Shown: piece after piece, positions 25,261 through 39,741 of the stretch
How positions within the stretch are numbered: the stretch's first letter is position 1
Layout: the number at the start of each line of letters is the position of its first letter
Source of the DNA: Nemertoderma westbladi
Taxonomy: Eukaryota; Animalia; Xenacoelomorpha
Direction of reading: 5' to 3'
Assembly: GCA_032718475.1 (NCBI GenBank)
Contig: JAUCBJ010004916.1
Coordinates: 1-57,167 of the forward strand
Length of the DNA: 57,167 nucleotides
Notes under the pieces: model-generated
Seen by the model: the letters and a program-made list of their open reading frames with translations, nothing else
What the model was told of the DNA's origin: nothing
Database searches by the model: none
Program-made: the position numbers and the translations under genes

Positions 25261-28200
25261 CATTTTTCAATTTCAATTTCTGTTTATTACTACAACATGC
25301 TCAAATGGAGCCATTATTGTTAGATTTTACAAGTAAACAAACTGAAGAAAATACTAAGGAATGTAAGACCGGTAAACCAGTGTCAGCAGTACGGTAAAGA
25401 TATGCACGTATTGTAATTTATAAAGTAATGTACATAGAACATGAACACATAAATATAAAACAACTGAAAAAGTTACCCGAAACCACGTTCTAATGTTGTT
25501 GTAAAATTTTATCGCGCCGTTGGGACGCCTTTGCCAAAAAAATTGCCAGACATTTGATTTTTTCGATAGAGTTTGAGCCTACTAAGTCTTTATATTTATT
25601 TAATGTGGGGTTTCCATGGTAACGAGCAGACAAATGAATTACTCTGAGATCCTGATAGACTGGGCATTTTAGCAAAAAGTGATATTCATCCTCAATAACC
25701 GCAAACATACAGACAGGGCAATAACGTTCATTACGGGGTGTGCTATTCCATCTACCTTGCTCGATCATTAGGGTGTGAGATGATGTACGGAATCTCGCAA
25801 GCGACCGACAGAGTCTGGGGTACCTGTGTAGAACATTCAGGTAGGATTCCTCCTGGAACAAATACTTAACGTAGAGCAGCGATTTGGGAGAAGAACTCAC
25901 TAGTGACCACCACTGTTGGATATAATTATCTTGGAGTTGTGTCCTGAGCTCTGCTAAGAATAGGGTTTGGTGTTCTACGTACTGGTTGTCCCAAATTCCC
26001 CGGAAGCCTAAGCCCGAACATTGGAGGCCCAGTTAACTGAACTGAAAACCAAGCAGTCATGAAGTTGGAGAAGATAGGCCTTCTTAACGAGACGGTAGTT
26101 AGGGAGATTCAAAATACGAATCCAATACTTAATAATACTAAGTTTTCTGGAAATTGAGAGCGGAAAATAACCAGTTTCACCATACACCATAAAATCGGGT
26201 GTCGAAGTCTTGACGCCGAGTATAAATTTAAGAAATTTTAGAACGATCCGATTAATAGCATCCGAATTATGAAAACCCCAAACTTCGCAGGAGTACATTA
26301 ATATAGGACGGATAAGAGAATTAAACAGATGCAGCTTAAGTTTAAATGATAAATTGGGATACTGTCTGAGATACTTAAGGAGAGTGAAATACGCTTTATT
26401 GGCTTTGTCTGCAAGAGATTGCTGGGCAAGAGTGGAGCTACCAGATGGGGTGAATACAATACCAAGGTAAGAGTAGGAAGAAACTGCTTCCAGGGGGCTA
26501 CACTTATACAACCAGTGTTCGTTTCGACGGAGAGGCCCGCCTTTACGAAAGACCATAACCTTGATTTACTTAGATTAACTTTCATTCCCCAGAATGAACT
26601 ATAGTTACCCAGAATGTCCAGAGCCTTCTGGAGACCAACAGCTGTGTCGCTTAGCAACACGATATCGTCAGCATAAAGAAGAATAAATAATTTAAAAGTC
26701 CCAAGATCAATCCCAGGAGCACCTCCGCGGATCAACTCCAGCTCAAGGTCATTGATAAATAAAGAAAAAAGCAATGGGGACAATGACTCACCCTGTCTAA
26801 CACCAACTAGACAAGGGAAACTCTCACTGTAGACTCCACCCCAACGGACACAAGATTTAACTTCGGCATACATACTCTTAATAACTTGTAGAATTCGACC
26901 AGAAAATCCAAGATTGAAAAGTTTATGCCAGAGCGCTGATCGGTTAACTAAATCGAAGGCCTTTTGAAAGTCGACGAATGTGCAGAATAATCTGTTATAA
27001 TTACCGGAATAAAGAAAGTGATTTATTAAAGTGCTAAAAGTAAATATGTGATCAGAAGTGCAAAAGTCTTTCCGAAAACCCCCTTGACTGTCCACTAAAA
27101 TCCCAAAGCAGTCGGCCCACCATTGTATTCTGGAATTAAGTAACCACGTGAATAACTTCCCCACCACACTCAGTAAAGAGATACCACGATAATTACTAGG
27201 GTCTAATACAGAGCCCTTCTTCTTGTAAATCGGTACAATGATTGCCGAGCACCACTGCTTAGGGAATATTCCTGAGTACAACACTGAGTTAAAAACGGCA
27301 GTAAGTACAGGTAGTAATGTTGACTGCCCACACTTTACGAATTCTGGTAGAATATTATCAGGGCCAGCCGACTTGCCAGCTTTCATATTACTTATACCTA
27401 TTCGAACTTCCTCCTCTGAAAAGGCATCACCAAGATTGTATTAAATATAGTATAACTAGATTCGAACAGTGGATGTCTATCTGGAATGAAGTCATGACCG
27501 GAGGGTTGACTACTTTCGACGTCCTCGTCAAGATTATTAAGGGAGCGAAAGTGACGCTCAAAAGACTCGGAAGTTAGTGTGGTTGATTCAGTGGGATTGC
27601 TGCTATCACTAGATTTTAGTAGTCTCCAAAACTTTTTAGTCCTTCGCTTTAAAGTCTTGCAGTTTTTTCGAATTGTTAAGTTGAAATTCATACTTTGCAC
27701 GTTTAATAACTCGTGAATAATCACTCCTACTTTTTGATAACCTGGCCCGGTTGAAATCTGTTCTATTAGACTTCCACACATTTAGGGCAACGGAAAATTG
27801 CCTTTTGTGGTAATGACACTCCTCGTTGTACCAATTGTTTGCCGAAAATTTGTCACTGGTTGAAACCAGTTTATTTTTGTTGGTATATCGAGCAGTAGTA
27901 AATTTAGTTTGTCTACATCACTATTGATAATATTCGGGGAATAAATTCCACTTGATAATGAATCTAAAATTTCGTTTAGGATAGCTTCACTTTCAGGTGT
28001 TTCAAGCCCGTGAAATAATTTTTCAGCAGTATTCATATTCCACATAGTGAAAACTATTGGCGCCTCGGTGGAGTTGGCATTCCCAGGGACTGGATTAATT
28101 GAAATATGTAATTTAATGACGTGGGTTTAATTTAAATGCTGAATTATGGAGTGGGATTCCTGTATATATTTGTTAATTTTTTTACGGACCCCGACACCGA

Positions 28201-28500
28201 CTACGGAATCTAGGGTTTAAATATGATGATCTAGTAATTTACGTGAGAAACCTAACTTGGCACTACAAATAGACCTTAAGGTTTCACTGGCCCAATAATT
28301 TTCTTTGTATCTGAGTGGATAAGACGACCAAGTGCAATAGGGTTGAGGATGATCAGATTGAGATATTAGTGGCGGGATGATAAAATTGCAACATTATTGG
28401 AATGGCTAGAAACATCCACCCTGGAGGTAACCAGTTCGACCCCACATTGGTGTCGATGTTTTGCTCGAAGCTTGTCAAACATAGTTTATATATTTTTCTT
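25261..28500 (-). mobile_element. 5'-truncated, frameshifted LINE (APE remnant, RT, C-terminal CCHC; RTEX-like)
   Basis: ORFs 26298..27386 (GPDNI, NYRGISLL, GVRQGESLSPLLF, YADD), 26008..26556 and 25490..25900 (CPVC..EDEYHFLLKCP); SDH motif near 28350; AATAAA plus (gaaatt)n tail at 25261-25290. Confidence 0.88.
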
Positions 28501-28573
28501 ATCATCCCCATGAAATCAATAGTTAGGGGATTTACACGTCTTGGTAAGTAAATTATAACTCACAAATTTTTAA

Positions 28574-29735
<1,162 letters not shown>

Positions 29736-29804
29736 TTATTATAAACCGTTACATTTCACTCTCTTATATTTTGTTAAATACAGCGGATATTTTGCCTTTT
29801 ATAG

Positions 29805-29987
29805 TTACGAGGCATACTGGAAGTCAGTAATTCTAGAGACACTGTCAAAGAACACTGCTGTCACTGTTACCCTACAGACGATAACAGCCCAGACTGGAAT
29901 CTCAACTCACGATGTTTCATCCACACTACACGCACTTGATATGTTCGCTGTGGTTGACGAAGGTGAACCTGATGATAAACAAGAAAA
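29805..29987 (+). CDS. KAT6: KAT6 exon: C-terminal winged-helix part of MYST domain
   Basis: tttatag|(S)YEAYWKSVILETL...ITAQTGISTHDVSSTLHALDM...KQE aa|gttagt; phase 2-2. Confidence 0.92.
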
Positions 29988-32900
29988 GTTAGTTGTTAGA
30001 TGTCGATAAGTTAGGTAGTTAGTTCGATAAGTTAGGTAGTTAGTTCGATAAGTTAGGTAGTTTGTTCGATGAGTTAGGTAGTTAGTTCAATAAGTTAGGT
30101 AGTTAGTTCGATAAGTTAGGTAGTTAGTTCGATAAGTTAGGTAAGTTAGGTAGTTAGTTCGATAAGTTAGGTAGTTAGTTCGATAAGTTAGGTAGTTAGT
30201 TCGATAAGTTAGGTAGTTAGTTCGACAAGTTAGGTAGTTAGTTCGATAAGTTAGGTAGTTAGTTCGATAAGTTAGATAGTTAGTTCGATAAGTTAGGTAG
30301 TTAGTTCGATATGTTAGGTAGTTAGTTCGATAAGTTAGGTAGTTAGTTCGACAAGTTAGGTAGTTAGTTGTAGTTCGATAAGTTAGGTAGTTAGTTGTTG
30401 TTCGATAAGTTAGGTAGTTAGTTGTAGTTCGATAAGTTAGGTAGTTAGTTGTAGTTCGATACGTTATGTAGTTAGTTCGATAAGATAGGTAGTTAGTTCT
30501 AGTTCGATAAGTTAGGTAGTTAGTTCGATAAGTTAGGTAGTTAGTTCGATAAGTTATGTAGTTAGTTCGATAAGTTAGGTAGTTTGTTCCATAAGGTAGG
30601 TAGTTAGTTCTAGTTCGATAAGTTAGGTAGTTAGTTCGATAAGTTAGGTAGTTAGTTCGATAAGTTATGTAGTTAGTTCGATAAGTTAGGTAGTTAGTTC
30701 GATAAGTTAGGTAGTTAGTTGTTGTTCGATAAGTTAGGTAGTTAGTTGTAGTTCGATAAGTTAGGTAGTTAGTTGTAGTTCGATACGTTATGTAGTTAGT
30801 TCGATATGATAGATAGTTAGTTCTAGTTCGATAAGTTAGGTAGTTAGTTCGATAAGTTATGTAGTTAGTTCGATAAGTTAGGTAGTTAGTTCGATAAGTT
30901 AGGTAGTTAGTTGTAGTTCGATAAGTTAGGTAGTTAGTTCGATAAGTTAGATAAGTTAGGTAGTTAGTAGGATAAGTTAGGTAGTTAGTTGTAGTTCGAT
31001 AAGTTAGGTAGTTAGTTCGATAAGTTAGGTAGTTAGTTGTTGTTCGATAAGTAAGGTAGTTGTTGTAGTTCGATAAGTTAGGTAGTTAGTTCGATAAGTT
31101 AGGTAGTTAGTTTGATAAGTTAGGTAGTTAGTTCGATGAGTTAGGTAGTTAGTTCGATAAGTTAGGTAAGTTAGGTAGTTAGTTCGATAAGTTAGGTAGT
31201 TAGTTCGATAAGTTAGGTAGTTAGTTCGATAAGTTAGGTAGTTAGTTCTATAAGTTAGGCAGTTAGTTCGATAAGTTAGGTAGTTAGTTCGATAAGTTAG
31301 GTAGTTAGTTCGACAAGTTAGGTAGTTAGTTCGATAAGTTAGGTAGTTAGTTCGATAAGTTAGATAGTTAGTTCGATAAGTTAGGTAGTTAGTTCGATAT
31401 GTTAGGTAGTTAGTTGTTGTTCGATAAGTTAGGTAGTTAGTTGTAGTTCGATAAGTTAGGTAGTTAGTTGTAGTTCGATACGTTATGTAGTTAGTTCGAT
31501 AAGATAGGTAGTTAGTTCTAGTTCGATAAGTTAGGTAGTTAGTTCGATAAGTTAGGTAGTTAGTTCGATAAGTTATGTAGTTAGTTCGATAAGTTAGGTA
31601 GTTTGTTCCATAAGGTAGGTAGTTAGTTCTAGTTCGATAAGTTAGGTAGTTAGTTCGATAAGTTAGGTAGTTAGTTCGATAAGTTATGTAGTTAGTTCGA
31701 TAAGTTAGGTAGTTAGTTCGATAAGTTAGGTAGTTAGTTGTTGTTCGATAAGTTAGGTAGTTAGTTGTAGTTCGATAAGTTAGGTAGTTAGTTGTAGTTC
31801 GATACGTTATGTAGTTAGTTCGATATGATAGATAGTTAGTTCTAGTTCGATAAGTTAGGTAGTTAGTTCGATAAGTTATGTAGTTAGTTCGATAAGTTAG
31901 GTAGTTAGTTCGATAAGTTAGGTAGTTAGTTGTAGTTCGATAAGTTAGGTAGTTAGTTCGATAAGTTAGATAAGTTAGGTAGTTAGTAGGATAAGTTAGG
32001 TAGTTAGTTGTAGTTCGATAAGTTAGGTAGTTAGTTCGATAAGTTAGGTAGTTAGTTGTTGTTCGATAAGTAAGGTAGTTAGTTGTAGTTCGATAAGTTA
32101 GGTAGTTAGTTCGATAAGTTAGGTAGTTAGTTTGATAAGTTAGGTAGTTAGTTCGATGAGTTAGGTAGTTAGTTCGATAAGTTAGGTAAGTTAGGTAGTT
32201 AGTTCGATAAGTTAGGTAGTTAGTTCGATAAGTTAGGTAGTTAGTTCGATAAGTTAGGTAGTTAGTTCTATAAGTTAGGCAGTTAGTTCGATAAGTTAGG
32301 TAGTTAGTTCGATAAGCTAGGTAGTTAGTTCGATAAGTTAGGTAGTTAGTTCGATAAGTTAGGTAAGTTAGGTAGTTAGTTCGATAAGTTAGGTAGTTAG
32401 GTAGTTAGTTCGATAAGTTAGGTAGTTAGTTCGATAAGTTAGGTAGTTAGTTCGATAAGTTAGGTAGTTAGTTCGATAAGTTAGGTAGTTAGTTCGATAA
32501 GTTAGGTAGTTAGTTCGATAAGTTAGGTAGTTAGTTCGATAAGTTAGGTAGTTAGTTGTAGTTCGATAAGTTAGGTAGTTAGTTCGATAAGTTAGGTAGT
32601 TAGTTCGATAAGTTAGGTAGTTAGTTCGATAAGTTAGGTAGTTAGTTAGATAAGTTAGGTAGTTAGTTCGATAAGTTAGGTAGTTAGTTCGATATGTTAG
32701 GTAGTTAGTTCGATAAGTTAGGTAGTTAGTTCGATAAGTTAGGTAGTTAGTTCGATAAGTTAGATAAGTTAGGGAGTTAGTTGTAGTTCGATAAGTTAGG
32801 TAGTTAGTTCGATAAGTTAGGGAGTTAGTTGTAGTTCGATAAGTTAGGTAGTTAGTTCGATAAGTTAGGTAGTTAGTTCGATAAGTTAGGTAGTTAGTTC

Positions 32901-33570
32901 GATAAGTTAGGTAGTTATTTCGATAAGTTAGTAGTTAGTTCGATAAGTTAGGTATTTAGTTCGATAAGTTAGGTAGTTAGTTGTAGTTCGATAAGTTAGG
33001 TAGTTAGTTGTAGTTCGATAAGTTAGGGAGTTAGTTGTAGTTCGATAAGTTAGGTAAGTTAGGTAGTTAGTTCGATAAGTTAGGTAGTTAGTTCGATAAG
33101 TTAGGTAGTTAGTTCGATAAGTTAGGTAGTTAGTTCGATAAGTTAGGTAGGTAGTTAGTTCGATAAGTTAGGTAGTTAGTTCGATAAGTTAGGTAGTTAG
33201 TTCGATAAGTTAGGTAGTTAGTTGTAGTTCGATAAGTTAGGTAGTTAGTTGTAGTTCGATAAGTTAGGTAGTTAGTTGTAGTTCGATAAGTTAGGTAGGT
33301 AGTTAGTTCGATAAGTTAGGTAATTAGTTCGATAAGTTAGGTAGTTAGTTCGATAAGTTCGGTTTTTTTTAAGTTAGTTCGATAAGTTAGGTAGTTAGTT
33401 CGATAAGTTAGGTAGTTAGTTCGATAAGTTCGGTTTTTTTTAAGTTAGTTCGATAAGTTAGGTAGTTAGTTCGATAAGTTAGGTAGTTATTCGATAAGTT
33501 AGGTAGTTAGTTCGATAAGTTAGGTAGTTAGTTCGATAAGTTAGGTAGTTAGTTCAATAAGTTAGGTAGT
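29988..33570 (+). repeat. 21-bp satellite (gttagttcgataagttaggta), ~3.6 kb
   Basis: Starts at the donor gttagt; ~1.02 kb internal duplication shown by shared variants (gttccataaggtagg ~30586/31605; ttaggcag ~31255/32275). Confidence 0.97.
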
Positions 33571-33806
33571 TTGAAAGAAATTGTTTAGTTAATTCGAGTT
33601 ATTTTCGTTTATTCCAATATATAAAATTGACCCAACGAGTTAGGTTGGTTGTTGAGGGATGAATTAGAAACTGCCAAGTATAAAAGAAGACCTTTTAATT
33701 AGGTTAGATAATATTCATAATTATATTCAATATAAATAAGTTGACTACAAGCTGTTCATTTATTTCATTAAATAATTGTAATGCTAGTTAGTTAGAGCGG
33801 GAGATA

Positions 33807-34901
33807 TTATAGAGACAATTCTCTCTCGATGAGTCTCCGAACGTTCATTCGCATCTGTCGCTCGTGGCGTTTCTCTTTGGCGTTGTCGGTACCATCGCTC
33901 GCAGATTCCTCAGCCATTCTCTCCCGGACCATGTTGTCGCACTCCTCGTCGCCATAGCGACGCAGCCGACTGGACGACGTGTCGACAGAGTCTAGATCCA
34001 TTAGTTGGTCCCGTTGGTCGGAGTCGAGTCGGTCCAGTCGTTGTTTCAGTTCGTCCAACTCGCGACGTTGTTCCGGTTCGTTAAACAGCGAGGCGTGCGG
34101 CGGAATGTTTTCGTAATCGGAGGCGCGTAGAGTGAACCCGTCGCAGGGAGGGTTGAATCCGCCACTTGGTAGATTGAACCCGTCGGTGGATAGATTGAAT
34201 CCATCGGTAGTTATATTGAACCCGTCGGCTGCAATATATCCTTGGGAGTCTAGGAGTTCCTTGTAGACTTTGTGTCGTTGCCGTAGATCTGCCAGCATCC
34301 ACTGGGCCCCGTCCCTCGCCGTCCCACCTCGCGGCACCTTCGTGGCGCGCGGCTCAGTTCGCTTCATCGCCGCGTCTCTCTCCAACTCGAGATGAATCGC
34401 CTTGGCCTCGGATAACTCGAGTTTACCCCGGAGTTTAGCGACGTACGACTTATACCGGGACGTCTTTGCCGCGTGGACCGACGCCGCTTTAGCGAGTTTC
34501 CTCTGGAAGCGATCGAGTTGCGTTTCCAACTCGTTGATTCGGTTGCTGAGTCTCTCATTAACCGGCCCAGCGTCAGTCTGCCCGTTGAGTTGCTGTCTCA
34601 GTTTGACCAGTTCCTCCTGCACCTCGGCTACAGTGGTACGCAACGCCGCTCCGTTGCCGTGCGTTACCGTAGCAACCCGAAGTTCGGCCTCGGCGTCCAT
34701 GTGTCGTCGACGAGTCTCTTGGTGTTCGTTTCTCTCCCTCGTTAACTCAGACTCAAGTCGATCAATTGTTCTTCTCAACTCTTCCATCTTGGCTGCGCTC
34801 TCCTCTATCTTGCGGGAAGACTCTATCATGCTCCGTTCGACTTTACTACGTGTATCTGCTTTGTCTTTCTCAACATCGGCTAACCGTCTTTCCAAGTCCA
34901 T
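33807..34901 (-). CDS. CEP83: CEP83 exon 2 (754 aa total)
   Basis: Acceptor tctccacag| immediately before the ATG, phase 0 matches exon 1; coiled coil ending LKQRLDRLDSDQRDQLMDL; AATAAA on minus strand at 33759-33764. Confidence 0.82.
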   Translation of the reverse strand: MDLERRLADVEKDKADTRSKVERSMIESSRKIEESAAKMEELRRTIDRLESELTRERNEHQETRRRHMDAEAELRVATVTHGNGAALRTTVAEVQEELVKLRQQLNGQTDAGPVNERLSNRINELETQLDRFQRKLAKAASVHAAKTSRYKSYVAKLRGKLELSEAKAIHLELERDAAMKRTEPRATKVPRGGTARDGAQWMLADLRQRHKVYKELLDSQGYIAADGFNITTDGFNLSTDGFNLPSGGFNPPCDGFTLRASDYENIPPHASLFNEPEQRRELDELKQRLDRLDSDQRDQLMDLDSVDTSSSRLRRYGDEECDNMVRERMAEESASDGTDNAKEKRHERQMRMNVRRLIERELSL

Positions 34902-34979
34902 CTGTGGAGAAGAATTGAGTAAAATTTGTCATTGAAAAATCTAAGCTCAATCGTTCGGCACTCAGAAAGTCATGGTTTG

Positions 34980-35385
34980 AGCCACTCTCTCACTTCGCGG
35001 TCAGTGGACATATGTATAGGTATATATGTGGGTCACTATCTCGTTATGTGGGCCACTCTCTCTCTTTCGCGGTATGTGGGTGGACCACTATGACAGTTAT
35101 GTGGGCCACTCTCTCACGTTATGTGGGTCACTCTCTCGTTATGTGGACCACACTCTCTCGTTATGTGGGCCACTCTCTCACGTTATGTGGGCCACTCTCT
35201 CACGTTATGTGGGCCACTCCTCTTATCACGTTATGTGGGCCACTCTTTCGCGTTATGTGGGCCACTCTTTCGCGTTATGTGGGCCACTCTTTCGCGTTAT
35301 GTGGGCCACTCTTTAGCGTTATGTGGACCACTCTCTCACGTTATGTGGGCCACTCTCTCACGTTATGTGGGCCACTCTCTCACGT
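34980..35385 (+). repeat. 22-bp minisatellite (cacgttatgtgggccactctct) near the CEP83 acceptor; resumes at 36038-36120
   Basis: Tandem copies of the same family as 37900-39740. Confidence 0.92.
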
Positions 35386-36037
35386 TAGTCGGCATCACTT
35401 ATCACCTAGGTAATATCAGACAAATCAGATGTCACCTAACTGACGACAACACAAGGAAGCTTGTAAACTCGCTCATAATATCACGGCTTGATAACAACAA
35501 TAGCCTATTGTACGGTCTACCAGACCTGTCCATTAGACGACTCCAGTTAGCACAAAATGCTTGCGCACGCATCATAACAAGATAACACCGGTTCTCCCAT
35601 ATAACCCCAACGCTCCGCAACCTACATTGGCTTCCTGTGCGATAACGTATTGACTACAAGATCGCATTACTCACCTGGAAAGCCATAAATGGTCTAGCCC
35701 CAAAATCATCCTAGATCTACTTACACCTAACTTCAACCCAACAAGGACGGAACTCCTCTGGTCTTTAAAAGTACCAAATTTCAAACTTAAAACATTCGGC
35801 GCCCGATCGTTCAGCTATGCAGCTCCAACAGTCTCCATTTTCAAACTCGAACCGCCACTGATCCGACAACTTTCCGCAGCCTTCTAAAAACCGAACTCTA
35901 GAAACTCGGAAAAACCGAGGGCTTTTCAAATCTATACTAAACTTTCGGACACAATCTTTGGAATTTAATAGCGCTTTAGAACCGCTACATGGGATTAAGC
36001 GCGTTATAAGTGAATGATTTATTATTATTATTATTAG
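35386..36037 (+). mobile_element. 3' fragment of an L2/CR1-group LINE inserted in the minisatellite
   Basis: LGNIRQIRCHL...LVNSLIISRLD..NSLLYGLP...LQLAQNACAR, HITPTLRNLHWLPV; (att)n tail at ~36018-36035. Confidence 0.85.
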
Positions 36038-36686
36038 TATGTGGGTCACACTCTCTCGTTATGTGGGCCACTCTTTCGCGTTATGTGGGCCACTCTATCA
36101 CAGAATATGGGTGGACCACTTTTCTACTAAACCTCTAACATATATTACATAGTGCGGGAAGCACTTTTAGTATATAATATAAATGTTGTCCTACTATATT
36201 ATGTTAATCATTAAATGTAAACCTGAGTTTGGATAGAGGGCAATGACCTCTATTCCCTTTACATTGGGGTCGATACCCCCAACACTGAGAAACGAGTTGA
36301 CGAGTATATTGAACGAGTATATTGAATTTTCTATGTAAATGAAATCCACCCATGGCGATGTGAACATTACGTAACTCGATACCATACCGCATTCCATGTG
36401 TAGTGCAGTACTTTATTACTGTATGTTTACAATTTATTGTTAAATAATAATAATACATTATTTTTACGCCGCGCAGTATAGTAATTTATTTTTATTTTAC
36501 AATACATTATTTTTATAAATCCATAACGAAACGAAACGACATTGATTTGATTGGTTAATCCTTCTCGTTTTATTTTTTTCACTATTTCGAAAGATACTCA
36601 ATTGTACTGGACCTCCATATCAATAAATTGATCTATGACGTATGATCTGTCATTATTATACAAATATTGGCGCGTGATTTCTGCTA

Positions 36687-37346
36687 ATGGCATATCGTCT
36701 GGCTATTATTATAATACTATGTGGCCCGTGCATTAAACTGAGTCATTGCTTGGGGTGCACAAGGCAGAGTTCATATACATACTACTCAGACGACGAGGAG
36801 CTTCGGGCCCATTTTCAAAAGCGAGTCGACGATTTGATTGGCCAGAACTGGCCTGACGCTACCAAAAAGTCACACCACGCTCCTTGTCTAGGTTGCTTGG
36901 ATTTGTCCCTAAGGTTCTCTGGATATTCTGATAGAAATATCAAAGTCAACTTCGAATGGCTTGCTGTCGGCGGCTGTGATCCCTATGGGATTTGCAAAGA
37001 ACTGGACGAAAGAGTCTGTGGTCAGGTGATGGTATCCAGTCAAGCAGACGCATTTGCCAACTTCATCATGGAAGGCTTAGGAGATTCGGAGCTCTTTTTC
37101 AACATCAAAGACGTCCTTGAGTACGGGTTAGACATAGCCAGTGAGGGTTGCCAACTTCTATGTTGCGATGGTGATGGGGTATGTCCTGAATTCACATGGA
37201 AAGAAGCCATCAATACAACAGTGATTGACGTCACTACCACACAAGATGACGTGACCGTCACGACTTCTACTTCTGATTATAGATCCCGAACCAATGTAAA
37301 GTTTGTTCTTGCAATCCTCTGTCTAGGTTTCCTCTTGGAATTCTAG
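36687..37346 (+). CDS. Intronless 219-aa secreted Cys-rich protein, Ly6/uPAR (three-finger)-like, probably GPI-anchored
   Basis: Hydrophobic N-terminus then CLGC; GGC and CQLLCCDGDGVC motifs; Thr-rich stalk with NTT sequon; hydrophobic C-terminal tail; AATAAA at 37551-37556; long non-repetitive ORF in AT-rich DNA. Confidence 0.75.
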   Translation: MAYRLAIIIILCGPCIKLSHCLGCTRQSSYTYYSDDEELRAHFQKRVDDLIGQNWPDATKKSHHAPCLGCLDLSLRFSGYSDRNIKVNFEWLAVGGCDPYGICKELDERVCGQVMVSSQADAFANFIMEGLGDSELFFNIKDVLEYGLDIASEGCQLLCCDGDGVCPEFTWKEAINTTVIDVTTTQDDVTVTTSTSDYRSRTNVKFVLAILCLGFLLEF

Positions 37347-37899
37347 AAGTTCTATACGCTTATAGATGAATTACAGTGACTCAACAAACTATAGTTGACT
37401 CTAAAAAATTATATAATACTACCGGTCCGGTACCCATCCTTAAGTGTTCATAGATTCGATTTATTGTGTAAGTCGTTACGGTGCTGTTTACTTAGGGTGT
37501 CAGAACAACACACGGAATCAAAATATTTAGTTAGTTTACATATTAATAATAATAAATACGCAAAATCAATCCCTACGCGATTTGTTTTGCCCGTTTGGGG
37601 GTTTTTGTAACCCTCGCTCCCCTCCCCTCGTTCTCATGTTTAAATATTTTTTAATAGTAGTTACTGAAATAATTGTCATTGCCGGTGGGTGGCCTTGGCC
37701 AACTTGTAGCGACTAATTCAATCAAGTTATACAATGTGAATAATAAGGCTGCCTGCGATATATGTATGTTGTTAAAGCAGGAGGGGGTGGTTTTAAACAG
37801 ACATCGCTTACCAACCCTAACTTTGGGTAACGCGTCCTTTTGGTCCTACGTCATTACTTCCTGCGAGTGGTCGTAAGGGCCTGCATCGATAGGTCCTGC

Positions 37900-39740
37900 T
37901 CTCTCACAGTATGTGGAGTGTGGACCACTCTCAAATTGCATGTGGGCCACTCTCTCTCACAGTATGTGGACCACTCTCAAATTGCATGTGGGCCACTCTC
38001 TCTCACAGTATGTGGACCACTCTCTCTCTCACTGCATGTGGGCCACTCTCTCCCTCACTCTCGCAGTATGTGGACCACTCTCTCACTCTCACAGTATGTG
38101 GACCAATCTCTCACTCTCACAGTATGTGGACCAATCTCTCACAGTATGTTGACCACTCTCTCACAGTATGTGGACCACACTCTCTCACAGTATGTGGGCC
38201 GCTCTCTCACAGTATGTCGGCCACTCTCTCACAGTATGTTGGCCACTCTCTCACAGTATGTGGGCCACTCTCTCACTGCATGTGGGCCACTCTCTCACTC
38301 TCACAGTATGAGGACCACTCTTCTCACAGGATGTGGTCCACTCTCTCTCGCAGCATGTTGGCCACTCTCTCACAGTATGTGGGCCACTCTCTCACTGCAT
38401 GTGGGCCACTCTCTACCTCACTCTCGCAGTATGTGGGCCACTCTGTCTCACAGTATGTGGGCCACTCTCTCATAGTATGTGGACCACTCTCTCTCCCAGT
38501 ATGTGGGCCACACTCTCAAAGTATGTCGGCCACTCTCTTACAGTACGTTGGCCACTCTCTCACAGAGTGGGCCACTCCCTTACAGTATGTGGACCATTTT
38601 ATCACAGTAAGTTTGGTCACACTCTCAGTATGTGGGCCACTTTCTCACAGTATGTGGGCCACTCTCTCACAGAGTGGGCCACTCTTTCACAGTATGTGGG
38701 GGCCACTCTCTCAAATTATGTGGGCCACTCTCTCCAATATGTGGGCCACTCTCTCACAGTATGTGGACCACTCTCCCACAGTATGTGGGCCAATCTCTCA
38801 CAGTATGTGGGGGCCACTCTCTCCAGTATGTAGGCCACTCTCTCACAGTATGTGGACCACTCTCTCACAGTATGTGGGCCACTCTCTCACAGTATGTGGG
38901 CCACTCTCTCACAGTATGTAGGCCACTCTCTCACAGTATGTGGACCACTCTTCCACAGTGTGTGTATCACTTTTCCACAGTATGTGGACCACTCTTTCAC
39001 AGTATGTGGGCCTCTCGCTTACTATATGCGGTCCACGTTCTCATAGTATGTGGGCCACTTTCTCGCAGTATGTGGACCACTCATTCGCAGTATATGGGCC
39101 ACTCTCTCACAATACCGGTCTGTGAGCCACTCTCTCACAGTATGTGGACCACTCTTTCACAGTATGTGGACCACTCATTCGCAGTATATGGGCCACTCTC
39201 TCACAGTACCGGTCTGTGAGCCACTCTCTCACAGTATGTGGGCCACTCTTTCACAGTATGTGGACCACTCATTCGCAGTATGTGGGCCACTCTTTCACAT
39301 TATATGGGCCACTCTCTCACAGTACCGGTCTGTGAGCCACTCTCTCACAGTATGTGGGCCACTCTCACAGTATGTGGACCACTGTTTCACAGTATGTGGA
39401 CCACTCTTCCACAGTATGTGGACCACTCTTCCACAGTATGTGGACCACTCATTCGCAATATATGGGCCACTATATCACAGTATATGGGCCACTCTCTCAC
39501 AGTACCGGTCTGTGAGCCACTCTCTCATAGTATGTGGGCCACTCTCTCACATAGTGGGCCACTCTCTCACATAGTGGGCACTCTCGCACAGTATGTGGGC
39601 ACCCTCTCACAGTATGTGGGCCACTCTCTCACAGTATGTGGGCCAGTCTCACAGTATGTCGGCCACTCTCTCACAGTATGTGGACCACTCTCTAACAGAG
39701 TGGGCCGCTCTCTTACTATACTCAGTATGTGTACCACTAA
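37900..39740 (+). repeat. 22-bp minisatellite (cacagtatgtgggccactctct) running up to the CEP83 donor
   Basis: ~80 degenerate copies; the terminal copy overlaps the first intron bases. Confidence 0.95.
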
Positions 39741-39741
39741 C

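Noticed and set aside
29988-33570. TTAGG-containing array as a telomere
   Set aside because: The period is 21 bp, not (TTAGG)n, and the array is interstitial and starts at a splice donor.
33807-34901. Independent 364-aa gene starting at its own ATG
   Set aside because: The ATG directly follows a pyrimidine tract and CAG, and the phase matches CEP83 exon 1, so it is better explained as exon 2.
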